Of a stretch of 64,000 nt of DNA, positions 39,801-52,800 are shown piece by piece. Within the stretch, counting starts at the first letter, position 1. The number at the start of each line of letters is the position of its first letter. The stretch covers positions 1,116,001-1,180,000 of the forward strand of contig NW_026262672.1 of assembly GCF_021869535.1 (NCBI RefSeq). The letters are read 5' to 3'. The notes beneath the pieces are model-generated. The model was not told where the DNA came from and searched no databases. It worked only from the letters and a program-made list of their open reading frames with translations. The translations under genes and the position numbers were made by a program. The DNA comes from Mytilus californianus. Taxonomy: Eukaryota.

Positions 39801-42800
39801 GAATCACACAACAGGCTTTCAAATAAATCAGCTGTGGGTAAAAAGAACTGAGACAAATATGCACCGAACACTGAACAAATAAATAAAAGAACTGAGACAA
39901 ATATGCATATAATAAATTGACTCATATATTTAACTTGATACTGTACTGCTTTACTTTATAATGAATTGACTCATATATTTAACTTGATACTGTACTGCTT
40001 TACTTTATAATGAATTGACCTAACCAATCTTTACATATTTAACTTGATACTGTACTGCTTTACTTTATAATGAATTGACCTAACCAATCTTTACATATTT
40101 AACTTGATACTGTACTGCTTTACTTTATAATGAATTGGCCTAACCAACCTTTACATATTTAACTTGATACTGTACTGCTTTACTTTATAATGAATTGGCC
40201 TAACAAATCTTTACATATTTAACTTGATATTGTACTGCTTTGCTTTATAATGAATTGGCCTAACCAATCTTTACATATTTAACTTGATACTGTACTGCTT
40301 TACTTTATAATGAATTGGCCTAACCAATCTTTACATATTTAACTTGATACTGTACTGCTTTACTTTATAATGAACTGACTCATATATTTAACTTGATACT
40401 GTACTGCTTTACTTTATAATGAATTGACCTAACCAATCTTTACATATTTTACTTGATACTGTACTGCTTTGCTTTATAATGAATTGGCCTAACCAATCTT
40501 TACATATTTAGTGTTTATTTTAAAAAGGAGTATGAATATATAAAGGAATTATGGTCAAACCAGAAATGCTTTACCGACATGGATTACAAACTGCCTGATC
40601 ACAAAGGTTTGTATCAAATAGTAATATAGCGAATACTTAAATTGATTAAAATTAAACCTTGACACCAATATTATTATTTGAATATTTAAAGTATTACTCT
40701 GATTAATCTTCAGCCTAACAAAAACTAAAAAATGAAACCATGGTTATGTCATAGATGTCTTTGTGACATACAATTGTTTGTCTCCATACTGAGTTGTGAC
40801 TTTCTTGTTAAAGATTTGGAAGTATGCAATTAGGTAAATATTCTAATGTAAATTAGGACTTCCTGTATTAGTCAAGTGCCTGATACATTTATTAAATTTG
40901 AGACAACTTCATCCAATATAACCCCGATACAAATAAATCCAGAAGTTGTGCTTTGCGATGCGAGAATTCAGACAACATTTTGGCGTGTCAAATATTTCGA
41001 AAGCCTTTTAAATTCATATATCTATAGCTTTGTAGTTGATTTCATTTAACAATATTTGATTTGATTGTATCTTCTGTTTTTGTTCAGGCTAGTTTTGTTT
41101 CGTTTTGCTTTGCTTTGTTTTGTTTTGTTTTGTTTGTTTTGTTTTGTAGTACTTACTTCAATTTAGTTGAGCATGGCATATATAAATATAAAAAAGATGT
41201 GGTATGATTGCTTATTAGGCAACTCTTCACCAGGGACCAACTGACAAAAGTTAACAATTATATACAGCCTTCAACAATGAGCAAAACCCACACCGCATAA
41301 TAAGCTATAAAAGGCTTATGTAATATATAACCGGGAACATTTGTGTAAAAGTACAAACTATCAAAATCAGTTGAAAAAGGCTTAACTCACCAGTTCGATA
41401 CGAAGAACATAACAAAAACATAACAAAAAAACAAAAGAAAGTACATATCTGAGAGTCCTCGCAGCTACTAAAAGCTAGTTAAAGGTCAATAACAACTAAT
41501 AAAAAATGTCTAAGACTAAAATATTAATCAATACACGTCCAACATCCAATGGATTAAGTGTTAAAACGTCATTAACAGTCAGAAAAAAACATGACCTTGT
41601 GCAGTTAAATGACTTCAGATATTAATCTAATAGAATAGAGTTATATTATTAAATTGGTCATTTATAGTATAAGTTTACCGGAGCCATTTACAAGTCCGGA
41701 AACTGATTCATAGCACCATTTGGAATGGTTTCATTTATAATTTGTATAACAGATTTACAATTAGAAGAATTATGATAACTTAAAAGGAAATGATAAAGTC
41801 GTTAAAGTGTGAACATGTACGAGAGTTGTATTAGCTAAGATATGTACATTTTGTAAACGCTTTACGCTGTTCCTGCTAGAAAATAGGACGTTGACAAAAA
41901 GTTGTTATCATTATGTTTGTGATAGATTATAGCTAGACGTCCTTAATTTTTGTCAAAATCTAGGAAAAGATGAAGGACTGAAGCACTTTCTGATTACGGA
42001 ATTATCCTGAATCACAAGTTTTACTACGATATATGAGATGCAAGCACTCACTGAAATGAAGGTATTGATTGACTGGAACCCTCAATATATCTGAAATTGA
42101 AATTGAAGATCTTTGCAAGATTTTTTTTTCTATTTTTCTTCAATTCTGCTTGATATGAGTAACAAAACCAAGTATACCAGTATGGGTGCAAAATAAGAAG
42201 CATTGGCATACCGGGGGTTGAGATCTCACAAAACATGTTTAACCCCGCCGCATTTTTGCGCCTGTCACAAGTCAGGAACTTCTTGTCTTTGTTAGTCTTG
42301 TATGTTTTTTTTTTAGATTTTGGTTCGTTCATATGTTTCGGAGTTTAGTGTGACGTCCATTTTCTCTGAACTAGTACACATTTTTGTTTAGGGGCCAGTT
42401 GAAGTCGGTCTCCTGGTGCGGAACTTTCTCTCTGTATTGAAAACCCATTGGTGGCCTTGGGCTATTGTCTGCTCTTTGATCGGATTGCTGTCTCTTTGAC
42501 ATATTCCCCGTTTCCATTCTCAATTTTATTTAGTACGTGTATCAGTTTAATACTTCATTTATTGATTTTATTTCTAACTGTATGTCGAAAGTAATATTAT
42601 AAAAATCTGTGTCTTATATATTACCTTATTTACATTTTATTAGTAAATGATATCAAATGATGCTGTTTGTTTTAAAAGGTTTTACTGGACCAGAAGCAAA
42701 GCTTATGAATAGGGATTCTGAATGTTACGGTCTTGTATTTTTGGCTTTGCTGCATAAACAGTACTGGATTGGTGCCCAACAGCTTGTAGACTTGGAATAT

Positions 42801-45800
42801 GTAAGTTCAAATGAAAAGATTTTTTATAAAAAGAAAAAAGAGTAAATATAGAACCGACCAGTAAATCGTTGACTAATAGCACTTAGTATGCAGTAGTATT
42901 TCACGACATTTGAATACTCATTTCTAATTCAGATCAAAGGCGGCAATATATGGAAAGAACATTATTTCCTACGAGTATTCAATGCATCTCTAAACAGAAC
43001 AAAATGAACTGGTTTCCGATGTCTTAATGTGTGATAGCTAATATTTCCAATCCGTCTATGTGTAGATTTGTTATGTGGAACTGAAAGAATTAAGTACAAA
43101 AATTTCAAAAAAAACAATAACATATAAGAATACTAAAAATCCAACAGGTTCTGTAAATATGGGAAACATTAGTTTACCGAGGTTATCATATCGCGAAAAC
43201 GATTATAGTCAACTTCCCTCAAATTTCTGTTGACGCGGTTGATGTGTAATGGTAACACCCATGTGGGTTATTGAGTGAAGGGATATCATCAGTATGTCTG
43301 AAAGTGAAACTAAAGAACTTTGCAAGGTGTGTTCATTTTGTTTTGTCTTTGACAAAGTTCTGTATGAATTCTGCTTTATACTGGTACAAAAAGAAGTAAG
43401 CAAGTTAGTATAAGTAGTGGCGGATCCAGCAATTTTCATAAAGGAGGGGGGGGGGGGGGGCACAGACTGCCACAAGAGGGGGCACACTTAGTCATGCTTC
43501 AGTGATTCCCTAAATAATCAAACACATTTTTCCGACAAAAGGGAAAGGGGGGGGCACCCTGCCCTCCCTAAATCCGTCTCTGATAAGTAGTTCCCCTTAG
43601 AATACCGACTGTTGAACTATCAATCCACCAAACTAAACCACAGTGTCGTTTAAAAAGTCAAGCACATTCATTATGTCTTTTTTATTGTATTTTTTTTGTT
43701 TAAATCGGTGTAATTTTTTTTTTTACAAAATAAGATTAATCACGGCCATAAAAAGGAATTTGTATCTACGATCCCCATTTTTGTAAAAAAAAAACTCTCT
43801 GTTTCATGAGACGATGTAGTCGATCTGTCATTTGTGCATAGGTAATAGTAGTGCCATTCGTAGAAAATTAAAAACATTTGATATAACTGCAAAACAATAA
43901 ATATTCTGATTAAAGATTTTGTAGTAGATCTTTAGAATTCTTAAGAATCCACATATGACCTACGCCGCTGGTTGTACATACCTCATCATAATATATTCAA
44001 AGGTCATCTTTTACTGCAAAAAGAATTGAACATATGGTAGTCGGTATTTAAACATTCGATTTTCAAATGTTTGGCTTTATTTACATTTTACTTGCATTGG
44101 ACCATTACCGCTGCTGGTATACATGTTTAATCTTTGTTCTAATTCCGATACATCCAGATACTTCTGGAATTGTAGTTCATCATACAATCCTTTTATTATT
44201 AACTGTTGAAATAGTTTCTACTCTCATGTATAGAATAACAAATTGAAAACAACACGTTTAATAATTTCATGCGTCCGAAGCGCTTTTCTGGATTTACCTT
44301 CATCAGGAACGCTCAAAGCCAAACATTTGATATCCGAGGGATGTATAAGTACCGAAACAGTTGAAGAGCTATATGACAAAAAAACCTAAAATAAATAGCC
44401 AAATTCATCTAAGGTCAACTTTGTCTGAGGGAGTTGAAACCTTAGTTTCTTTATAATTTCAAAACTTATAAACAGACAATTTTAGAAAGGTTTGTTATAA
44501 ATCATGTCAGTACCGAAGTACTGACTACTGAGCTGATGATACCCTCGGGGACTGATAGTCCACCAGCAGAGGTATCGACCCAGTGATGTAAAAAATTGAA
44601 AACAACACGTTTAATAATTTCATGCGTCCGAAGCGCTTTTCTGGATTTACCTTCATCAGAAACGCTCAAAGCCAAACATTTGAAATCCGAGGATGTATAT
44701 AGCTGACATAATCCGTATTTGGTACGACTTTAAAAATAGGGGTTTGAATGCTCTTTAACTTCATACTGAATGTTCGCCTTCCAACTTTGTTAATTAAAGC
44801 GCTACTGAAAATTCGTATGAAGACGAAATACAACTCAAATTAAAATACCAATTTTAGAACGATACAATTTTATTTGTTAAACGCCCGTCTGACGCACTAG
44901 ATTACAAGCCTTGTAGATGTGATGAGTTTATATCAAGGAAATTATCATATAGTATACCCTTACAGAAACGCTAACGATACCATACATCATATGACGAAAG
45001 AAACGCTGCACGATATATTACGACGAACGAAAGGCTAATTTATACCATGCGCTAAATGATACAATATATTATTAAATAACGAGAAGCTGTAGTAAACTAG
45101 ATGATTATCTATATAATGAACGAATGATGTATGGAGATACACGAATATTGTACTAACAATGCTCAAACGCTATAAGGACGATCCAAGAATGTTGAAAGAA
45201 CGATGCCCGACTGAAAAAAATATATTTACTCTTACGTTAATTTATATCTGAAAAACTCGTATTGCAAATTGTGTTAAGAAGCGAAGAATTAAACCACAAA
45301 ATATCAGTTTATTCGATGAAGTTTATTTTAAAAAATGAGAACAAACAAAATATATAAAATATATATATCTATATATATAAACAAGTCTAAATTGAAAACA
45401 ACGTTCAAACCTATGGTTGCGTTGGATAAAAACCGCAATTTTTATACGTGTGCATGCAAAACAAATTTCATGGTAGAGGGGTCTAAATACAGCACAAACA
45501 ACATTTTCCAAAATACCAAAAAAGTGAAAAAGTATATTTTAACAAAACGCATTTGACTAGCAGGTCGAACAACGGATGTTCTTAAACCCTGCTGACTGCC
45601 ATGGCGATTGCCAAATAAACAGATCACCAGATGTAACAAAATGGATCTTAATTCTTAATTTAATACCAAACAGAAAACAATATAGGTTCAGATATAATAC
45701 CTTATAAAAGATGACCAAATTAACATTTCTTCATTCAGATTGGGAATCATCATCTTCTTGTTGGGTGTGCTATATTAGAAGATGAAATCAGAAATTGGAA

Positions 45801-46780
45801 AACAGCGACACACTTGAAGGAAAAACTACAACGTTTAAAAAAGTAATGATGCAAATAAAATAAAACATATTACAACGTGTTTATTACTGATTGATTGACT
45901 GCTGACTTAACGTCCAGTTGCAATTATTTCATGCGTTTAAAGGACGAATGCTTTAAATACCTCGACGTAGTGTATGCTTCTTGTGTAGTTAAAGCATTAA
46001 TGTTGGCAATCAAATGTCAATTTTGCGATGAGATGTGCATTGTAGCATAGGTCTCAAAAAACATGTTTAACCCCGCCGTATTTTTGCGCCTGTCCCAAGT
46101 CAGGAGCCTCTGGCCTTTGTTAGTCTTGTATCATTTTTAATTTTAGTTTCCTGTGTATAATTTGGAGTTTAGTATGACGTCCATTTTCACTGAACTAGTA
46201 TACATATTTGTTTAGGAGCCAGCTGAAGGATGCCTCCGGGTGCGGGAGTTTCTCGCTGCATTGAAGACCCTCTGGTGGCCTTCGGCTCTTGTCTGCTCTA
46301 TGGTCGGGTTGTTGTCTCTTTGACACATTCCCCTTTTTCATTCTCAATTTTATTTAATAAATCTGATATTAAAAGACTAATTTAAAAGTATCGTTTACGT
46401 TTGTATTTTAACATCAACAGCTTATTACGACCTAAAGGTATAGTTGACGTCACTGATTTGGTCATGCATTTAAAAAAATATAAAAACATATGATTAAATG
46501 ACAAGCCCTCATCAAGGCCTTTTTAAATGCGTGAACCAAACACCATATAGTAAGTTGTAAAAGACAAAATGTGACACATTTCAGAAGAAAAAATCAAATT
46601 ACCTGATTTATACTATAAGAATGAATGGTTAATGATAAGGCAGACAGAAACAAACGACAAACAACGGATAACATGTGGCTGGCTTGGAAAAGTCACATAA
46701 ACAATGTGTTTGTAAACCTTCCCCTATGTTGTAATGTAACTTCAATTGTTAACAATAGTTATAAGTGAAGGAGATGTGGG

Positions 46781-46815
<35 letters not shown>

Positions 46816-49800
46816 TAAGTCTTTTCATTTTGTTAATATATTGTTCAAGTGTCTTCACTGAAAGAGTTATCTGCATAATTCGGCATATCTATGATGCCGA
46901 TGTTACAAATGAACGAAAGAAACAAATGACAATTAAAGAGAACAAAACAGAAGAAAGAGAGCTGGGTGATCCCATCAATCATGCAGGAAGGCTTTTGTTG
47001 AATCATGGATATCTAATGGATGCTATCAACAGTAAAAACCAAAATTTCGTTGAAAACGACACAGTAAAGAAAATCTTAAAAAAGATGTGGTATGGTACAG
47101 AGAATATAGATGGTCAGACGGTAAGTAAACAAAACTAACACTTCATTGATATGATTAATCCGTTGGCTTGTTTATATCTAAAATCGTTCCGTTACGGGGA
47201 GAGATGAGGAAAGTAAGGAAGCGAATGCAAGACAAGGAGAATCTCAAATATGTAGGAACGAACTAATTGACAGTCAAAGAAATGCTACCTTACCCACACA
47301 TCCCCCCAAAAAAGGAGAAAACAATAGACAAAAAGAAATACGCAAAACAACTTCATCAAATTTTTCGATAATTTTCAAAATGAGCAGAATAATTTGAATA
47401 CTAAGGCAAATATCTAAACAATGTAGAACATCCAAAAACAAGAGAATACCAACGTGAAAATACAAAAAGACATTTGAATCATATCGAAACGATAGAACGA
47501 TATATATATATGCCATCAAGTTTTTGAAAAACGTAGGATGTTCTACTGCAGGAATTGATACCTAGCTGTATTTGGCAAAACCTTTCAGAATTTTAGGTCC
47601 TCAATGCTCTTCAACTTCGTACTTGATTTGGCCTTTAAATATTTCGGTTTCACTGCTAAGACTTTTGTAGATGAAACGCGCGTCTGAATGGTATCTATGA
47701 TGAGGTTATGAAAATATAAGATCATTGGTGTTACAATTGGTAAACAAGACTAGAGCCTAAAGCTACATTAAATATGTAATAAATGTTTTGTTTTCAGACT
47801 TTTTGGTATATTGTTCTGTTCTCAGTCCATCTATTTGTGATGCCTTTATTAATGATTAACATGGAGATGGATAATCGTCTATTACTTTGGTAAGATAAAT
47901 TTTGCAACTCAACATCCTTCTTTATTACAATAAATGCAATTATCGCTATTTTGTGCATTTTTCCTTTGATCTTTTTGGTGATAATTTTTCATATCATGCT
48001 ACTCGCTGGAGATGGAATATTATCGTCAGAAACTAAGGGCGCACGTGACGTTGTCAATGTAAACATGAACGACCTCATTGGCAAAATAGCGATAAACAGA
48101 TTATCAATGGTCTTTCAAACTCGAGGATGTTTATCAGCCACATCTCATCTCAGGGCTGTCGCCCTTTCGAAAAATCATCAATAATCTATAATTATGTATT
48201 TGTTAAAATATGTATTTCATTGAACTATATCAAAACGTTTAATGAGTTCTATCAACCCTAATCACACCTGACTTGAAATCGTTTTTGCTTTCCAATAAGA
48301 TAATTACTATCGTTCATGTTACTCTTTACGTATCTTATTATATCCTTGTCATACTCAGCTTTCGCGCGTGATATCCGATGCCACTTGGGAGAGTGCTATG
48401 ATCTATGCACGTTAAAAACCCATTTAAATAACTCTTAATAGTTGTCCCTATCCATTGTTGTCTGTGGCAGGTGTTAATCTGTAAATTCATCGCCTCGTCC
48501 TACTAAGCAGAATTTATTGCTAATGCTTAATGTGTCAAATCCTTAATTTGCGTTATATGTATTCAACTAGTTGTTGAAAAAACAGCGACCAACCTATCAC
48601 ATAGAATATATAAGAGTCCAACCCAGGAACCCAAAAGCAATATTTTTGTGTCGAGACCTTCATTTCGCTATGCAGATTCACTCCAAAATTCTTCCATCAC
48701 ATCATGCAAAAATGGGAATGTTAAATATAAATACCTTGGTTTCGGTCATGATAAATCTAACTTACTTATAATCACACGCATGCCAAGACCAAAGATTATA
48801 TCATAAAAATGCTGGACATTTTGATCGACAATATATAAGTGTTAAATTTTGTCGATCGATATTTCAACGAAAATTGTAATTTTGTGTGCACTGTAGGAGA
48901 AGTTTAGCATATATAAATCGGACTATGTTTTTGCTGATAAACCCTAACATTGACCTTTGGTTGATTTGAGAGCCTTATCTTACAGATCCTCGGATATTGA
49001 AGTTTTCACATCCTTGGGATTCAAGGGTTCGGGTTTGTTCTTTCCTAATGACATGCATAGTAACTAGCTATACAGGTATCATGAGAGTGACTATTTTTTA
49101 TTCCGGTAACCATTCTAAAATAATCGTTAACTTTTCAATTTATTTCAGGTTTTACAAAAAGTACAAGCTGCCATTCATGAAAATATTTATACATTCGGTA
49201 TGAAAGTTCATATTTTACACAATTTGCAAACCTAAACAATGTAAACATTACAGTTGCCTATAATTGCTAACATCCACTTCACTTGAACTTTGGTGGATAG
49301 TTGTCTCATTGGCAATCATACCACATCATATCATTATTCATGATTTTACTATTTTTTTGGTGATGTTGTACCCTTATAGACTTGCTTATTATATTTTGTA
49401 GAGTACTGTATCATATTTATATGATCCATCGCCTCGTAAGATTTATCGCTGGCTATTATTCAGAAATTTTCTATTTATCATTAGTACATCATACTTGTAA
49501 ATCTTTTTGTTTCTAAGAAATGCATTCACTTAATTGTGTTCATTGTGTCTTGTCTTTTGTAACAAGATTACTCAATGTTTTGTTTAAGTATTCAACTGGT
49601 TAATCGATACACACTTGACTTGTTTAAAATTTCTTTTCACGTTTCAAACCAGTCAATTTCGTTTTATCAACAATCAACGTATTAAAAGTTACATAAATAT
49701 GTCGTATTCATACAGCATCAAAAAGTTTCTATGTTTCTGCATGGTACGCTACTAAAGTCCGTCAACGAATAACACATTAACCCCCAAAAAAAATCACGTC

Positions 49801-52800
49801 AGCATAATATCAACAGTTGTAATTTCAATCTAGTCTACAAAACATTGCAAAGCTAAGAGTGTCTAACCAATATTTTCTAAATAATGACGCTATGGCAATA
49901 TATTTTTGTAATAACATTTGTTTTGTTTATTAATGTTACAGCTGGAATTCACTTTTCTCCTTCTTGCATATGCATACATGTTGCTGTTTGACTACAGAGA
50001 AGATGGAATCACCTATATTGACTTTATTATAATAGCGTGGATGGCTAGTTTCTTTGTAAATGAAACAAAACAGGTGACCTCTTATGTCGACAGCAAAATA
50101 TGTCCAAAATCTCATGCTTTTTCTCAACTGTTTCCTTGATTAAACAGTTAAATCTTATTCATATTTATGATAATTGTACTTATACTTAATAATCATAATA
50201 TCAATTGTTGAACCTCTCCGCCCTTTAGACGCATTCCTTATTACAAACTAATAGAAATATTGTATCACTGATGGCAGAGTAGAAATGAATGACAAAATGC
50301 TATACATTATATATATATAACTCTTTAAATTAAGACAAAACCGTGTCTGGACTTGCATCGCTGTACGCAAATAAATAAGGTAACATGCATACTGAATCAT
50401 AACTGATCATGCCCTCTCATAGACGAACAGTCATTTTAACGAAATATTTCATTGTTAAACGAGTGTGGTAAAATCGAACTATCGGCAGACAAGAATTTGC
50501 TGTACGGCAGATGTAAAAATATCTCACATGCTACAACTCAACATTATCAAGCTGCAGACCAAATATAAAATAATTCTTTTGCAGAGAAGCAAAACAGGTT
50601 TCATGAAAGTTTTATCTTACGCTTAATATTTGACGGACAGGGTCAATTGAAAACTGCGACAAAGGAGATGACTTCAATCTACCATTATGAACATTCTATG
50701 CTCATGTTAAAAGGTTTCAAAAGAACTTAATATGGAGTTTATATACATTTGTATATTTTGGTTATTTTTTACTTTGCCTTCCCCTGTATGATTTTCTGAA
50801 AAGCGTGTTGTTGTTTACAAGTAAGCTCCTGATACATGGTGTCTAGATTATAACGACGGGTGCCACATGTGGAGCAAGATCTACTTACCCTTCCGGAGCA
50901 ATTGAGATCACCAACCGTTTTTGGTGGGGTTCGTGTTGCTCAGTCTTTAGTTTTCTATGTTGTGTTTTGTGTCCTATTGTTTGTCTGTTTGTCTTTTTCT
51001 TTTTTAGCCATGGCGTTGTCAGTTTATTTTCGACTTAGGAGTTTGAATGTCCCTTTTGGTATCTTTCGCGTTTCTTTTATCAAGTCACTCTCAGTTTTGT
51101 AGAAGTGTAATGGACAATATCACTAATGACTGGCTGTAATTATAAGTGTGCTATTTATGAATGATACCTTATGGGAATAATAGTAGTGTTATAGTTTATA
51201 GAATATGAGTAAAAGTTTGAAGAAGGTGAGTAGTAGTTTATAGAAGGTGTGTAATGTTTATAGGAGGTGTGTAATAGTTTATAGACGGTGTGTAATATAT
51301 TATAGGAGGTGTGTAATAGTTTATAGAAGGTGTGTAATATATAAGCTTAAATTGGTTCCGTTCAACATACATGTCTATTTTGTTTTAGGTTATTGTTGCT
51401 TTAATAAGAAAAAGAATCAAACCATATTTTCGTGATTGGTGGAACATAGCAGATTGCATTTTGATTATAGGATATACGTCTGGAATGCTACTGAGAGCTG
51501 TTGAAGGATCTTTTTTCCGAACTACGTCAAAATGTTTATTAGTTGCAATATTTATGCTTATTTGCATAAGATTACTCAGTTTGTACTACATAAATGAGTT
51601 TCTCGGACCAAAGTTAATCATAATTCGAATGATGGTATGTAAGACTATATAAATCCGAAGATGTGGTATGAGTGCACATGAGACAACTCTCCATCCAAGT
51701 CACAATTTGTAAAAAGTTAACAATATTGAATAATAGGTAAAAGTACGGTCTTCTAAACGGAGCCTTGGCTCACATCGAACAGCAAGCTATAAAGGACCCC
51801 AAAATGACTAGTATAAAACAATTCAAGTCTTGCAACAGGCCAACTACGGACCCCTCAAAGTGTTGTTGCAAGGGTTCTAAACGTGCAGAGAGCGTGACAT
51901 TCTCTCTACAAGAGACATCGGATTTAACATCCCCATTCTGACCGGATGTGGCTGCGTACTTGTACATCCCGCTTATCTAAACGGACGCCCCACTTCGGTA
52001 AGGGTTTTACTGCTGGTCTAAAGAAGACCCGTAGTGACCATATTTCTATTCCCGAGTCACCCTTTGAGGTTATGGAAATAATAAGTTTCTTGTTATGTTC
52101 GAATCGTAAGGTTTAATATAATCTCAATATTTCAATATTACGGACAGTCGGAACTGTTGCCTCTCATCCACTTACTTGCTATTGCAAGGTATCAAGACAC
52201 TAAGTTGTTAACCTAACTTTTTACTCCATTTCTTCAATGTGTGTTAGCATTTTTCTACTGAACGCTTTACCAAAACTATTGTAGTAAATAAAAATATTCA
52301 AATCAAATGATCAACATCATTATCACAATAAAAGTGATACTTTTCGAGCTGACGAGGCTAAAATTTACAACATGAAAATCTGAATTTGCTTTTCAAATCA
52401 GAGAAGAACAAGTTTTCCTACTTAGTGATATTATTGGGTTTTTTTTATTTATGTACGGGTCATGTTTGGTATATTCTAATTTCAGATTAACCATACTATT
52501 GCATTCATGACAATTATGTTTGTCATAATGTTTTGGTACAGCGTGTCTTTTTATGCGCTTCTATATCCGAATTCTGAGGCTAGCTGGACAGAGATCGAAA
52601 AAATTTTATCGAATGGATATTGGATATTATTTGGAGAAGTGAACTTAGAAGCTGATACATGTAAGAGTCAAATAAATATTTCATTACCTTAAGTACTATT
52701 TTGTCAAAATGAGAAATGATATGCAAGACAATTCCATGCAATGAGGAATTACAACCGGAACTAGGGAAGATATAACATCTATCATTATCTAATTTTTCAA

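Larger units (their letters stand above)
44240..44699 (-). mobile_element. Non-LTR retrozyme: 353-nt unit bounded by about 107-bp direct repeats, each with a type I hammerhead
   Basis: Direct repeats start at 44240 and 44593 (offset 353). Related copies at about 58215-58470, 61270-61775 and 10060-10220. Confidence 0.85.

Noticed and set aside
51247-51435. Periodic peptide (VYRRCVI)n
   Set aside because: Translation of the 21-bp minisatellite; overlaps the real exon in a different frame.
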